64,000 bases of DNA from Actinomycetota bacterium (GTDB taxonomy: Bacteria > Actinomycetota > JAHEXW01 > JAGVPG01), in NCBI GenBank assembly GCA_020052375.1, contig JAGVPG010000002.1, positions 30,759 to 94,758 of the forward strand. Reading direction: 5' to 3'. Numbering within the stretch: position 1 is the stretch's first letter; each line of letters opens with the position of its first letter. The notes below the pieces were generated by a model, which was not told where the DNA came from, did not search any database, and saw only the letters and a program-made list of their open reading frames with translations. The position numbers were made by a program, and so were the translations under genes. Positions 1 through 9,911 of this stretch are shown here, in pieces.

Positions 1-498
1 TTTAAGAAGGATGTTGCGCTGCCTTAACACGCGTTCGTAGCGGCGTCGCCAGTAATCGTGGGGAGGGTATATCTGGACGACCGTGTCATCCAGAAAAGAC
101 CTCCGTCTTTCCGGGCCCCCTTTGACCAACTGCAGGTCTTCCGGTGAGAATATAACAGCGTGAAGATGCCCCAGAAGATCGCTGAACCGGCGCTTTTCAA
201 CCCCTCCGACCTTGACTCTTTTCTTTTCAGACGGCGACAGCATGACCTCCAGAGTGATCGGCCCGTTGTCCTTGGTTATCTTCGAACGGATAGCGGAGCT
301 CATTTCTCCTTGCTTTATGAGTTGAGAGGCCGAAGAGATCCGATGGGAGTTGCCGGCGGATAAAAAATATACCGCTTCAAGGACGTTCGTTTTTCCCTGC
401 GCGTTTCCACCGATGATGAGGTTTAGTTGAGGGGAAAAATCGAAGATCGTACGGTCGTAATTTCGGTAGTTTATAAGTTCCAACCTGTCTAAACGCAT
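1..498 (-). CDS. recF: DNA replication/repair protein RecF, N-terminal part (partial, continues past window start)
   Basis: Minus-strand translation from ATG at 498 reads MRLDRLELINYRNYDRTIFDFSPQLNLIIGGNAQGKTNVLEAVYFL..., with the Walker A motif GGNAQGKTN of RecF. It is absent from the ORF track because it runs off the window edge. Confidence 0.8.
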   Translation of the reverse strand, partial: MRLDRLELINYRNYDRTIFDFSPQLNLIIGGNAQGKTNVLEAVYFLSAGNSHRISSASQLIKQGEMSSAIRSKITKDNGPITLEVMLSPSEKKRVKVGGVEKRRFSDLLGHLHAVIFSPEDLQLVKGGPERRRSFLDDTVVQIYPPHDYWRRRYERVLRQRNILLK

Positions 499-538
499 AT
501 GTAGATTGTATCATAAAAACGCGGGTTTTACTGCAATA

Positions 539-1153
539 TCAGCGTTTAATAACAGCTGATGTTATCAGGCGTTTATCACGCGGGTAGTCCGGCTTGATAC
601 ATGATATGAGCGTTACCTTCGTATCTTTCGTGGGATACAATACGGAGACATCGGTCGATTCGACGATTCTCTGTTCGATCACCGTAAAAACGTACTGCTT
701 ACTGTTTTTATCTATAAGGGTTATCTCGTCTCCTGCCTTCAGCTCATCTACCCTGGTGAACGGACCGGGATGTTCTTCCGTCGCTATCGAATGCGCCGCC
801 ATGACGATATTTCCGTCTTCACCGGGAAATGCCGTTCCCGGATAATGTCCCACACCCACTTTAAGAGTCTCGTCATCGACGCCTTCGTATACGTGTTCCT
901 CGATGCTGATCGCGGGTATGCGCAGTGTGAAGTCACCCGGATTCCTTTTCTTTATACTCTTTGGATTGAAGAAAGGAGGCAGGGTGTCAGACGTCTTTAT
1001 CGTCAGTTTCTTGGGTGCCCGTTTGTTCACGACGAAGAGGTAGGCAAACGAACCGACTATTAAAAGTAAGCCGATAGCGATCAGTACGATGCTATATAGG
1101 GATGTGTGCTTTTTCACTGGAAGACGCGCGGCACACCTCGGCGACGAGTGCAC
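539..1153 (-). CDS. sortase family transpeptidase
   Basis: N-terminal TM helix, then GHYPGTAFPGEDGNIVMAAH and a TLISC active-site-like motif (sortase TLxTC). The start may be an internal GTG near 1117, because the 3' end overlaps the next gene. Confidence 0.75.
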   Translation of the reverse strand: MHSSPRCAARLPVKKHTSLYSIVLIAIGLLLIVGSFAYLFVVNKRAPKKLTIKTSDTLPPFFNPKSIKKRNPGDFTLRIPAISIEEHVYEGVDDETLKVGVGHYPGTAFPGEDGNIVMAAHSIATEEHPGPFTRVDELKAGDEITLIDKNSKQYVFTVIEQRIVESTDVSVLYPTKDTKVTLISCIKPDYPRDKRLITSAVIKR

Positions 1154-1589
1154 CTGTTATGTGTTTAAGATCTTTTGCTTTTAGTTTAAGTATCATGTTC
1201 ATATCGCCGCCGCTTGTATAGATCACATCTTTGGACAGCAAGCTCCTGTCTATTATGGTCTTTAGCCGGTTCTTGTGCGCGATAGGTGGTATGGCTCCCG
1301 TACAGAAATCGGTGACATCCAGAAGCTGGTCTATACTGGCAAAATCTACCTTCTTAGCTTTAAGGATGCGTCTTATCTTTGTCGCATGCGCGTGTCGGTT
1401 GCCGGGAATGATGACCAGGACCGGTTCGCTATCGGCCAGGAAGACGAGAGTCTTGGCGACGGAACCGAGTTCCAGCCCCAGAACCGCGGCTATTCTTTCC
1501 GCGGACTTTGCTTGTCCTTCCAAAGTATAAAACTCGTGCTGTATCGCTTGTGATTGAAGGAAGTTGTGCACATCAACACTAGACCTCAT
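1092..1589 (-). CDS. YbaK/ProX-type aminoacyl-tRNA deacylase
   Basis: About 165 aa with KTLVF...GAIPP...YTSGGD motifs typical of YbaK deacylases. ATG at 1589 is preceded by the SD AGGAGG (plus-strand ccttcctcc at 1591-1600). The longer ORF-track start at 1664 is unlikely. Confidence 0.65.
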   Translation of the reverse strand: MRSSVDVHNFLQSQAIQHEFYTLEGQAKSAERIAAVLGLELGSVAKTLVFLADSEPVLVIIPGNRHAHATKIRRILKAKKVDFASIDQLLDVTDFCTGAIPPIAHKNRLKTIIDRSLLSKDVIYTSGGDMNMILKLKAKDLKHITGALVAEVCRASSSEKAHIPI

Positions 1590-1684
1590 GCTTCCTCCTT
1601 CGATCTTGAAACACGGATAGCGATAAGTGATGTAGGAGAGAGATTTGCCAGTTAATAGTAGCAATATCTACGTTGTTAGTCAAG

Positions 1685-2518
1685 TCAACCGAGTGACTCA
1701 TGAGGCGCGAAGAAGCTCTTATATTTATTCAAAGCGCCCTCGCTAAGCTCGCAAAACATCGGCTCCGGCAGGTCCTGAAAAAACGTGTCTTTGAAATGGT
1801 CTTTTATCTGTTGGATCAAAGCGTCGATCTGTCCTTCCATCGATGGGACAAGATCGACTTTGATACGTGCCATGATCCGGCCTCCCGATAGCTCCATCGG
1901 TTCTACCACACGCGGCGCGTCGGTGATGACCTTGGACAATTTCATAAGGTCGACCGCTAGAGTGTCGAGCCACTCCTTAAGACTTTTTCGCCCGATATCC
2001 GCCGGAAACACTAAGGTTATAAAGAAGGGGACATAACCCAGGGGGTATCTGTTAATGCTTATAATGGTCCCGTTGGGGACCACAGTACTTACTCCGTCGA
2101 GAAGCTGGAGCTTGGTCGAACGCAGACTCATCTCGTCGACCATCCCGAACACATCCGGGGTCCCCGTGAGATGCAGACACACGAAGTCGCCGACCGAATA
2201 GGCACCTTCAAAAAAGATGAAGAACCCGCTTATAACGTCCTTGACCAGGCTTTGAGCACCGAAACCGAGCGCTATGCCGACGAGCCCCGCACCGGCGACC
2301 ATTGAAATGGGGTCGACACCGGCTTCTCTTAATATCATCGCGAGAGCGATAAACAGAATAAGATATTTAAAGGTGTGCACAAGGAGGCTGTTCATCGTCT
2401 GGGCTCGCTTTGGCGAGACTCTGAACCTGTCCAGCGAGCGACGTATGATACTCCGTCCTATGACATACGCAAAGAATGAAAAGAGTATTATGACGATTAT
2501 TTTAAAGCCGTGTATCAA
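1685..2518 (-). CDS. small-conductance mechanosensitive channel (MscS family)
   Basis: Three N-terminal TM helices, then GAQSLVKDVISGFFIFFE...VGDFV...DG...VPNG, matching the MscS pore helix and beta domain. Confidence 0.85.
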   Translation of the reverse strand: MIHGFKIIVIILFSFFAYVIGRSIIRRSLDRFRVSPKRAQTMNSLLVHTFKYLILFIALAMILREAGVDPISMVAGAGLVGIALGFGAQSLVKDVISGFFIFFEGAYSVGDFVCLHLTGTPDVFGMVDEMSLRSTKLQLLDGVSTVVPNGTIISINRYPLGYVPFFITLVFPADIGRKSLKEWLDTLAVDLMKLSKVITDAPRVVEPMELSGGRIMARIKVDLVPSMEGQIDALIQQIKDHFKDTFFQDLPEPMFCELSEGALNKYKSFFAPHESLG

Positions 2519-2638
2519 TATGAGTTCGATGTGGATATAATTACCGAGTTTGATTTAGGTTCACCTCTCTAATCAATATAAGAATAGCGAGCCGAAAAAT
2601 CAAACCCTATAGCGCCCACCGGGCGGTAGGTCTACTTA

Positions 2639-2818
2639 TCAGCCAGGCTTTAAGGTGTCGAGTCCGCACGAACCGAACATATCGAAGCCCCTGACCAATT
2701 GTTCTATATCTTTGCTTCCGCAATAAAGACAGACCACGCCTTTTTCCTTTTCTTTGACTGTCGTATTGACTTCAAACGTCTTTTCGCAGTCCAGGCATCT
2801 GAACTCGTAGTCGGGCAT
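2639..2818 (-). CDS. FmdB-family zinc-ribbon protein
   Basis: 59-aa ORF below the ORF-track cut-off: MPDYEFRCLDCEKTFEV...VVCLYCGSKD, with a CxxC...CxxC arrangement. Confidence 0.55.
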   Translation of the reverse strand: MPDYEFRCLDCEKTFEVNTTVKEKEKGVVCLYCGSKDIEQLVRGFDMFGSCGLDTLKPG

Positions 2819-2847
2819 TAAGCAGGATCCTCCTTTTTACATGATAT

Positions 2848-3120
2848 CTAAATATTATCCGCGCCCTCTTTAAGCGCTTTGATTATTACTTTGAGCGAGC
2901 TTTTTTCTATCGAATAATATATGCGCACGCCTTCGCGGCGCTGTTTGACCAGACCGACCATCCTAAGATCGTGGAGATGATGCGACACAAGAGACTGACT
3001 GATACCAAGTTGCTTCGCGATCTCACCGACGTTCAACTCACCCTGAAGAAGCAGCGAAAAAACGCGGCACCGAGTCTCGTCCCCTAGTACTTTAAACATG
3101 TTACATAATTTATCAACCAT
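2848..3120 (-). CDS. ArsR/SmtB-family transcriptional regulator
   Basis: 90 aa with FKVLGDETRCRVFSLLL...LNVGEIAKQLGISQSLVSHHLHDLRMVGLV, the ArsR helix-turn-helix. Confidence 0.85.
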   Translation of the reverse strand: MVDKLCNMFKVLGDETRCRVFSLLLQGELNVGEIAKQLGISQSLVSHHLHDLRMVGLVKQRREGVRIYYSIEKSSLKVIIKALKEGADNI

Positions 3121-3584
3121 ATTATTAATATATCAACATGTATTCATGGTGTCAAGGATATCGAGGAAATCAAGGAGGTCAAGGAGGTCGATGAAGAACG
3201 AGCAGGAGTCTTTTGTAACCGCCGACCTGAAGGTCGGCGGTTACATTCTCTTGTTTCTTTCTACAGTGTTTAAACAATGTCACGTGCGAATGGGTGGATA
3301 CTGTTTGAGTCATGCTCCATAAGGGAGCTGACCTTAGATTTTGTGAGCATTTACCAGGTCTGTGAGGAAGACCTTCTGAAAAAGTGTAAAAAGAGTCTTA
3401 CGAACGACCTTGGAAAATGAGAACAAAATCAAGGACGGCGACCAGGAGTATGACTCAAACATATCCTCCCGTGAGTACTCTAATTTTGTCTGTTTTGTCA
3501 CTTGCTTTTGATTTTGAACGGAGTAGAATAGTCATTTATGGGCAATGTCCAAGCCGGACGTTGTCTCGGAGGTGTTAAAGTAGT

Positions 3585-4208
3585 TTGCTCGAGTTTCTAA
3601 CTAAGATCATCATCGACACGATCTCACAGTGGGGCTATCCCGCCATCTTCATCCTTATCTCTCTAAGTAGTATGTGTATACCCATTCCGAGCGAAGTCGT
3701 CCTGCTGTTCGCGGGCTATCTGGCGTTCCAGGGAAAGCTTAACCTGCTTGCCGTTATCGGTATCGGGACTCTAGGTAATCTGGTCGGCTCGGTGGTCGCT
3801 TACTATATAGGCCTTAAGGGTGGCCGCCCGTTGTTTTTAAGGTTCGGCAAGTATGTCTTTGTCAAGGAAAAAGAGCTCAAGTGGGCTGAGGACTGGTTCG
3901 AGAGATTCGGTCATGAGACTGTCTTCTTCGGAAGAATGATCCCGATCATCAGGGCTTTCATATCGGTTCCCGCCGGTGTGGCCGAGATGAATGTCGTCAA
4001 GTTCAACGTCTATACGTTCCTCGGGGTCTTGCCGTGGTCGATCGGTCTTTCATATGCCGGATATGTGTTAGGCGCCAACTGGGATAGAATAACCGGCTAC
4101 TTCAGCCTGACCAGCTGGATCGTGGCTATTGCCATTCTTTTAATGGTAGCGCTATTCATTGTTTATCATTTGAAAGTCAAAACTAACAATAAGACAAGCA
4201 CGACTTAG
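3585..4208 (+). CDS. DedA/SNARE-associated (VTT domain) membrane protein
   Basis: Polytopic protein with a DedA signature (LLFAGYLAF...GxxxGxLxG...GRPL...FGRMIPIIRAFISVPAGV). TTG start. Confidence 0.8.
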   Translation: MLEFLTKIIIDTISQWGYPAIFILISLSSMCIPIPSEVVLLFAGYLAFQGKLNLLAVIGIGTLGNLVGSVVAYYIGLKGGRPLFLRFGKYVFVKEKELKWAEDWFERFGHETVFFGRMIPIIRAFISVPAGVAEMNVVKFNVYTFLGVLPWSIGLSYAGYVLGANWDRITGYFSLTSWIVAIAILLMVALFIVYHLKVKTNNKTSTT

Positions 4209-4220
4209 ATCGGGTGGAAC

Positions 4221-7043
4221 GTGATACCGAACGAACTATCATCATTACCTGCATCGCAAGTATTTGAACAACTTGGTTCAACGAGACGAGGCATCAGTGT
4301 AGCAGAAGCTGATCAGCGCCTCATCACCTACGGCGAAAACAAGATCCCTGAAATAAAGAAGAAACCTGTCATTTTGAAATTCCTGGCTAACTTCTATCAT
4401 ACCTTCGCTTTGCTTCTCTGGTTCAGTTCAATACTCGCATTCCTTGCTGAAATGGCAGAGCTCGGTTGGGCGATAATAGGCGTAATCGTACTGAACGCCA
4501 TCTTCAGTTTCTGGCAGGAGTTCAAGGCCGAAAAAGCGACGGAAGCCCTTATGAAGATGATTCCTTTATACGCGAGGGTGATGCGCGAAGGTTCGGTCAT
4601 GCAGATCATGGCCTCGGGGCTTGTACCAGGTGATCTGTTGATCTTTGAAGAAGGTGACAACATCTCCTCTGATGCCCGGTTGGTGGAAGAATTCGAGATG
4701 AGAACAAATAACGCCACTTTTACAGGAGAATCAGAGCCGGCAAAGCGCACGGCTGATCCTGTAAAGGGCAATGATCTAACGGTTACCGAACTGCCCAATC
4801 TAGTCTTTAGCGGAACCAGTGTCGCAGCCGGTTCAGGCAAAGCCATCGTTTATGCAACGGGCCAGGATACGCAATTCGGCCATATAGCCAGTCTTACAGG
4901 TACCCTCGAGGCGGAATTAAGCCCCCTGCAAAAAGAGGTGAAAAAGATAGCTCTGATCGTTGCCGGAATCGCGGTCGTAGGCGGGCTGGCTCTGTTTCTC
5001 CTGGGTTCGGCTATCGCTAAACTTACGCTTATCTCAAGCGCGATGTTTGCCATAGGCATGATCGTCGCCAATGTGCCAGAGGGACTTCTGCCGACATTAA
5101 GTCTCTCGCTGGCTGCCGCGGTTCAGAAGATGGTCAGGGAAAACGCGTTGGTCAAGAAGCTTTCATCGGTCGAAACGCTAGGTTCCGCGACAGTGATATG
5201 TACGGATAAGACGGGAACGCTGACACAGAACGAGATGACCGTACGTGAGATATGGACAAATCAAGAACAAATCGGTGTCGAGGGGGTCGGTTACCGGCCT
5301 GAAGGTCAGTTTCTTTTGCACGAACAACCGCTTGATGGAAAACAAATAGCGGAGAAGCTGTCGCTTCTTATGAAAGCATGTTCATACTGCAATAACGCCA
5401 AAGTAGTAGTGCCTGATGATTCACAGACCAACTACACTATACTTGGCGATCCTACGGAAGCCGCGTTGCTCGTAACCGCTCTCAAAGCCGGTTTTGATTA
5501 CTCGACTGCAATAGACATGGAAGACAGGATCTACGAACTTCCGTTTGAGTCCGTTAGAAAACGCATGACCACCATCCATAAGGTGTTCAATGTTAAAGAT
5601 TTCCCTCAACGGGAACTTCATAAACCCCATATACATAAAGGTGCAAAACTGGCTGCATACATTAAGGGTGCGCCAAAGGAGATCTTGGAACTTTGTTCGC
5701 ACATTCATAAAAACGGAGAAGTCTACCCGATTACTGAAGAAGAAAAACGATCCATTATTGAACGAAACGATGTTTTTGCAAAACAAGCTTTGCGAGTTCT
5801 GGCACTGGCTTACCGTGAAGTCACAGAAAAGCAGCAGAAGTACCGCGTCGAAGACACTGAGGGCGACCTGACTTTTGTTGGTCTTATGGGGATGATGGAC
5901 CCTCCGCGCCCCGAAGTCCAACAAGCTGTCAAGAGATGCCAGGCTGCCCGTATACGGGTAATAATGATCACCGGTGACTACGGACTGACTGCTGAATCCA
6001 TAGCTCAAAGGGTCGGCATAGTTAAGAGTGCCGGGTCAAGGATCATCACGGGGCACGAATTGGAGGATATGGACGATACCGTTTTAGAGGGCTTATTGAA
6101 TGACAAAGATAAGGAAGTGATCTTCGCGCGCGTAACCCCGGATCATAAGCTGAGGATCGCGGCCACTCTTAAGGGATTAGGAGAGGTCGTCGCTATGACC
6201 GGCGATGGAGTTAATGATGCTCCCGCGTTAAAGAAAGCAGATATTGGTGTGGCCATGGGCATCACGGGAACTGACGTAGCTAAAGAAGCCGCCGATGTCA
6301 TCCTCCTGGATGATAATTTTGCCACTATCGTCAACGCCGTGTCGGAAGGACGCGCCGTCTACGACAATATCAAAAAGTTCATTGTCTACATCTTTGCTCA
6401 CCTTGGGCCTGAAATAGTACCGTTTATTCTCTTTGTCTTATTCAGACTCCCGCTGCCGATAACTCCGATGCAGATCATAGCTATAGATCTTGGTACGGAG
6501 ACATTACCAGCCTTGGCGCTGGGGCTCGAACCCGCTGAACCGGATATAATGGAGCGGCCGCCGCGTACCAAGAAGGACAACCTGCTGAGCCCCTCGGTCT
6601 TATTAAGAGCCTATGTATTCTTAGGGATCATTGAATCCGTTCTCGTAATGGGGGCTTTCTTCTTTCTTTTATATAGCGAAGGATGGCATTGGGGCGTTCC
6701 TGTGGATATAGGCAGCCAGCTGCAGGTCAAAGCAAGCACAATAACTTTTTTAGGGATCGTAGCTACACAGGTAGGGACTGTCTTTGCCTGCCGGACCAAT
6801 CGCGAATCCGTGTTCAAGATCGGCCTGTTTAGTAATAGTTGGATCATATGGGGAGTAGTATTCGAGACTGTCCTGGTCATCAGCCTCTTATACGTACCAC
6901 CCGTTGCTGAGTTCTTCGGCATGGCCCCTTTGTCGCTCAAGTACTGGCTAATTCTGTCCCCATTTCCATTCTTGATCTTCTTTGCCGAAGAAGCCAGAAA
7001 GGCCTGGGGACGTTATTATGATGTTATACCAAACACTATTTAG
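4221..7043 (+). CDS. P2-type cation-transporting P-type ATPase (paralog A)
   Basis: 940 aa with TGES, PEGLLPT, DKTGTLTQN, KGAPE, MITGD and TGDGVNDAPALKKADIGVAMG motifs. GTG start. Confidence 0.9.
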   Translation: MIPNELSSLPASQVFEQLGSTRRGISVAEADQRLITYGENKIPEIKKKPVILKFLANFYHTFALLLWFSSILAFLAEMAELGWAIIGVIVLNAIFSFWQEFKAEKATEALMKMIPLYARVMREGSVMQIMASGLVPGDLLIFEEGDNISSDARLVEEFEMRTNNATFTGESEPAKRTADPVKGNDLTVTELPNLVFSGTSVAAGSGKAIVYATGQDTQFGHIASLTGTLEAELSPLQKEVKKIALIVAGIAVVGGLALFLLGSAIAKLTLISSAMFAIGMIVANVPEGLLPTLSLSLAAAVQKMVRENALVKKLSSVETLGSATVICTDKTGTLTQNEMTVREIWTNQEQIGVEGVGYRPEGQFLLHEQPLDGKQIAEKLSLLMKACSYCNNAKVVVPDDSQTNYTILGDPTEAALLVTALKAGFDYSTAIDMEDRIYELPFESVRKRMTTIHKVFNVKDFPQRELHKPHIHKGAKLAAYIKGAPKEILELCSHIHKNGEVYPITEEEKRSIIERNDVFAKQALRVLALAYREVTEKQQKYRVEDTEGDLTFVGLMGMMDPPRPEVQQAVKRCQAARIRVIMITGDYGLTAESIAQRVGIVKSAGSRIITGHELEDMDDTVLEGLLNDKDKEVIFARVTPDHKLRIAATLKGLGEVVAMTGDGVNDAPALKKADIGVAMGITGTDVAKEAADVILLDDNFATIVNAVSEGRAVYDNIKKFIVYIFAHLGPEIVPFILFVLFRLPLPITPMQIIAIDLGTETLPALALGLEPAEPDIMERPPRTKKDNLLSPSVLLRAYVFLGIIESVLVMGAFFFLLYSEGWHWGVPVDIGSQLQVKASTITFLGIVATQVGTVFACRTNRESVFKIGLFSNSWIIWGVVFETVLVISLLYVPPVAEFFGMAPLSLKYWLILSPFPFLIFFAEEARKAWGRYYDVIPNTI

Positions 7044-7061
7044 AACGGTGGATGAAGAGCT

Positions 7062-9842
7062 GTGAAACAAATATCCGTCGATGATGATAATAGAGCCAAA
7101 CTTTTCGATGCTCCGCATAAAGACGTCCTGCGGTTCTTAGAGACCAGTGAAAAGGGCCTCACCGACACCGAGGTACTGGCGAGGCTTGATCGATTCGGAC
7201 CAAATGAGCTGTCTGAAGTCGGTCGCACTCCTCTCATATTCAAATTTCTAGAAAATTTTTATCATTTTTTCGCCATCCTCTTGTGGGTCGGCGGAATTCT
7301 AGCGTTTGTCGGCAGAATGCCCCAGCTCGGGTGGGCTATTTTTGCCGTCATCTTCATAAACGCGTCATTCAGTTTCTGGCAAGAATACAGGGCAGAGAAA
7401 GCGACAGAAGCTCTCAAACGACTTATGCCGCATAAAGCAAAGGTCGTACGTGACGGCGAGACAAAACAGGTCGACGCCGCGGAGATCGTCCCCGGCGACA
7501 TCCTTGTTCTGGACGAAGGAGACAACATACCGGCTGACGGGCGTTTGGTCCAGGAGTTTGAGATGCGGACGAATAACGCGGTCCTGACAGGTGAATCAGA
7601 ACCTGTCCGCAAAACAGCTGGCCTCGTAAAGACCGAAAACCTTACCATAACAGAGCTTCCGAATGCTGTTTTTTCCGGGACTTCCGTCGCTTATGGCGGA
7701 GGAAAAGCAGTTGTTTACGCGACAGGGATGAACACCCAATTCGGTAAGATCGCACAGCTCACTCAGAGCGTTAAAGAAGAACCTAGCCCGCTGCAAAAAG
7801 AAATGGTGAAAGTGACGCAGCTAGTCGCGATGCTAGCGATCGGTCTCGGTGTGCTTTTCTTTGTCCTCGGCTATTTTGTCGCTGGTCTTTCTTTGATAGA
7901 GGGATTTGTATTTGCCGTCGGTATCATCGTTGCCAACGTACCGGAGGGACTTTTACCTACAGTCAGCTTATCTTTAGCTATGGGTGTCCAGCGTATGGCA
8001 CAGAGGAATGCTCTGGTCAAAAAGCTCTCATCTGTAGAAACGCTGGGCAGCGCCACGGTGATCTGTACGGATAAAACCGGAACGCTGACGCAGAACGAGA
8101 TGACTGTACGAGAGATCTGGGTCAACGGGCAACATCTGCACGTATCGGGTACAGGATATGAACCAAAAGGGACGTTTTTACATAAAGACAAGCATCTATC
8201 GGATGACGAGCTCAAATCGATAGAGCTTCTTATGCGTTCGGCAAGCTTCTGCAATAACGCCAGGTTGCTGCCACCGACCGAAGAAAATCAGAGTTGGACG
8301 CTTCTGGGAGACCCTACTGAAGGCGCCCTGCTGGTCGCCTCGCTTAAGGCAGGCTTTGATTATAAAGAAGAGTTGATGGGCGCAAAAAGAATCTATGAAC
8401 TGCCGTTTGACTCTGTACGGAAACGTATGAGTACCATTCACATGCATAAATTCGGACGTATCGGTTATGTAAAAGGCGCCCCGAAAGAAGTCCTGGATCT
8501 GTGCACTAAGATAGCAACTCCAGAGGGTCCAAAACCGTTAGATAAAGAAACAAGGAGTAAGATCATAGCGCAAAACGATGCGTTTGCCAGATCGGCCTTA
8601 AGAGTACTGGCGATGGCCTATAGGGAGATAGATAAAGAGCATAAGACATATACTCCTGACAACGTTGAGTCCGAATTGGTCTTTGTAGGCCTGATGGCCA
8701 TGATGGACCCACCGCGGGAAGAGGTCGCGGAGGCGGTCCATCAATGTAAGACTGCCGGGATCAAAATCATCATGGTCACCGGCGATTACGGTCTGACTGC
8801 AGAATCTATTGCGCATCGGATCGGTATTATTGAAAAAGGAGAGGGGCGGATCATAACAGGAGCCGACCTTAATAAGATCACAGACGATGAGTTGAAAGTG
8901 GAACTGGAAAAAGAGAATATTCTTTTTGCCCGGGTTTCTCCGGAACACAAGATGAGAATAGCCGACTGTCTTAAAGAAATGGAACATGTCGTGGCTATGA
9001 CGGGGGACGGTGTAAATGACGCACCGGCTCTAAAAACGGCTGATATCGGCGTCGCCATGGGCATTTCTGGTACGGATGTGGCCAAAGAAGCAGCCGACAT
9101 GATCCTTACAGATGATAATTTCGCTAGCATCGTGCATGCGATAGAGGAAGGTCGCGCAGTCTACGATAATATAAGGAGGTTTGTGACATATATATTCACC
9201 AGCAACATCCCCGAGATCATACCGTTTATTCTGTTTGTAGTGTTCCGCATACCCTTGCCGCTGACCGTCATGCAGATACTAGCCATCGACTTAGGAACAG
9301 ATATGCTGCCGGCCCTGGCACTCGGCACCGAAAAACCGGAACCCGGTGTAATGGAACGGGCACCCAGGTCAAGCAAAGAGCGTCTTTTAAACCTGAAGTT
9401 GATGTCAAGGGCATATTTCTTCCTCGGACCCATTCAGACTGCTGCTTGCATGTTCGGTTTTTTCTTTATGTATTTGTCGAATGGTTGGAGGATCGGTCTG
9501 CCGATGGCCGCTTCCGGATTGCTTTATGCCAAAGCTACAACCATGACTCATGCCGGCGTCGTTACCACGCAGATAGGCAATGCTTTTGCCCAGAGGACGA
9601 ACCGCGAATCGATATTCACAATCGGCTTTTTCAGTAATAAGTTCCTGTTGTGGGGCATAGTGGCCGAGATGATCGGTATTTTCATTCTTATTTACGTACA
9701 ACCTTTCCAGTCCGTATTCGAACATGGGCCACTCGCCTTAACTGACTGGCTTGTCTTGTTTGCGATGGCGCCTGTTCTGCTGATAGCTGATGAGACCAGA
9801 AAAGCTATTGTTCGCTGGCGGCTGAAAAAGATAGTCTCTTGA
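7062..9842 (+). CDS. P2-type cation-transporting P-type ATPase (paralog B)
   Basis: 926 aa, colinear and highly similar to the upstream ATPase (DKTGTLTQNEMTVREIW, MVTGDYGLTAESIA, TGDGVNDAPALK). Tandem paralog. Confidence 0.9.
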   Translation: MKQISVDDDNRAKLFDAPHKDVLRFLETSEKGLTDTEVLARLDRFGPNELSEVGRTPLIFKFLENFYHFFAILLWVGGILAFVGRMPQLGWAIFAVIFINASFSFWQEYRAEKATEALKRLMPHKAKVVRDGETKQVDAAEIVPGDILVLDEGDNIPADGRLVQEFEMRTNNAVLTGESEPVRKTAGLVKTENLTITELPNAVFSGTSVAYGGGKAVVYATGMNTQFGKIAQLTQSVKEEPSPLQKEMVKVTQLVAMLAIGLGVLFFVLGYFVAGLSLIEGFVFAVGIIVANVPEGLLPTVSLSLAMGVQRMAQRNALVKKLSSVETLGSATVICTDKTGTLTQNEMTVREIWVNGQHLHVSGTGYEPKGTFLHKDKHLSDDELKSIELLMRSASFCNNARLLPPTEENQSWTLLGDPTEGALLVASLKAGFDYKEELMGAKRIYELPFDSVRKRMSTIHMHKFGRIGYVKGAPKEVLDLCTKIATPEGPKPLDKETRSKIIAQNDAFARSALRVLAMAYREIDKEHKTYTPDNVESELVFVGLMAMMDPPREEVAEAVHQCKTAGIKIIMVTGDYGLTAESIAHRIGIIEKGEGRIITGADLNKITDDELKVELEKENILFARVSPEHKMRIADCLKEMEHVVAMTGDGVNDAPALKTADIGVAMGISGTDVAKEAADMILTDDNFASIVHAIEEGRAVYDNIRRFVTYIFTSNIPEIIPFILFVVFRIPLPLTVMQILAIDLGTDMLPALALGTEKPEPGVMERAPRSSKERLLNLKLMSRAYFFLGPIQTAACMFGFFFMYLSNGWRIGLPMAASGLLYAKATTMTHAGVVTTQIGNAFAQRTNRESIFTIGFFSNKFLLWGIVAEMIGIFILIYVQPFQSVFEHGPLALTDWLVLFAMAPVLLIADETRKAIVRWRLKKIVS

Positions 9843-9911
9843 CTATAATACGTATTAATATTTTGTGTATAATAATTAGACTGTTAGCGCTGATTACCTA
9901 AGAGGTGAGGG

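Noticed and set aside
160-363. 67-aa plus-strand ORF
   Set aside because: Antisense within the recF N-terminal coding region.
3098-3322. 74-aa ORF in the ArsR-DedA intergenic region
   Set aside because: Spans the hairpin repeat at 3219..3250 and has low-complexity Arg/Ser content. More likely noncoding repeat DNA.
3271-3360. Shared TAAACAATGT 10-mer and GACCTT...TTTGTGAG...CCAGGTC hairpin-like motif between 3271..3360 and 33177..33310
   Set aside because: The matches are short and the blocks occur in different order. Chance similarity in AT-rich intergenic DNA cannot be excluded without a genome-wide count.
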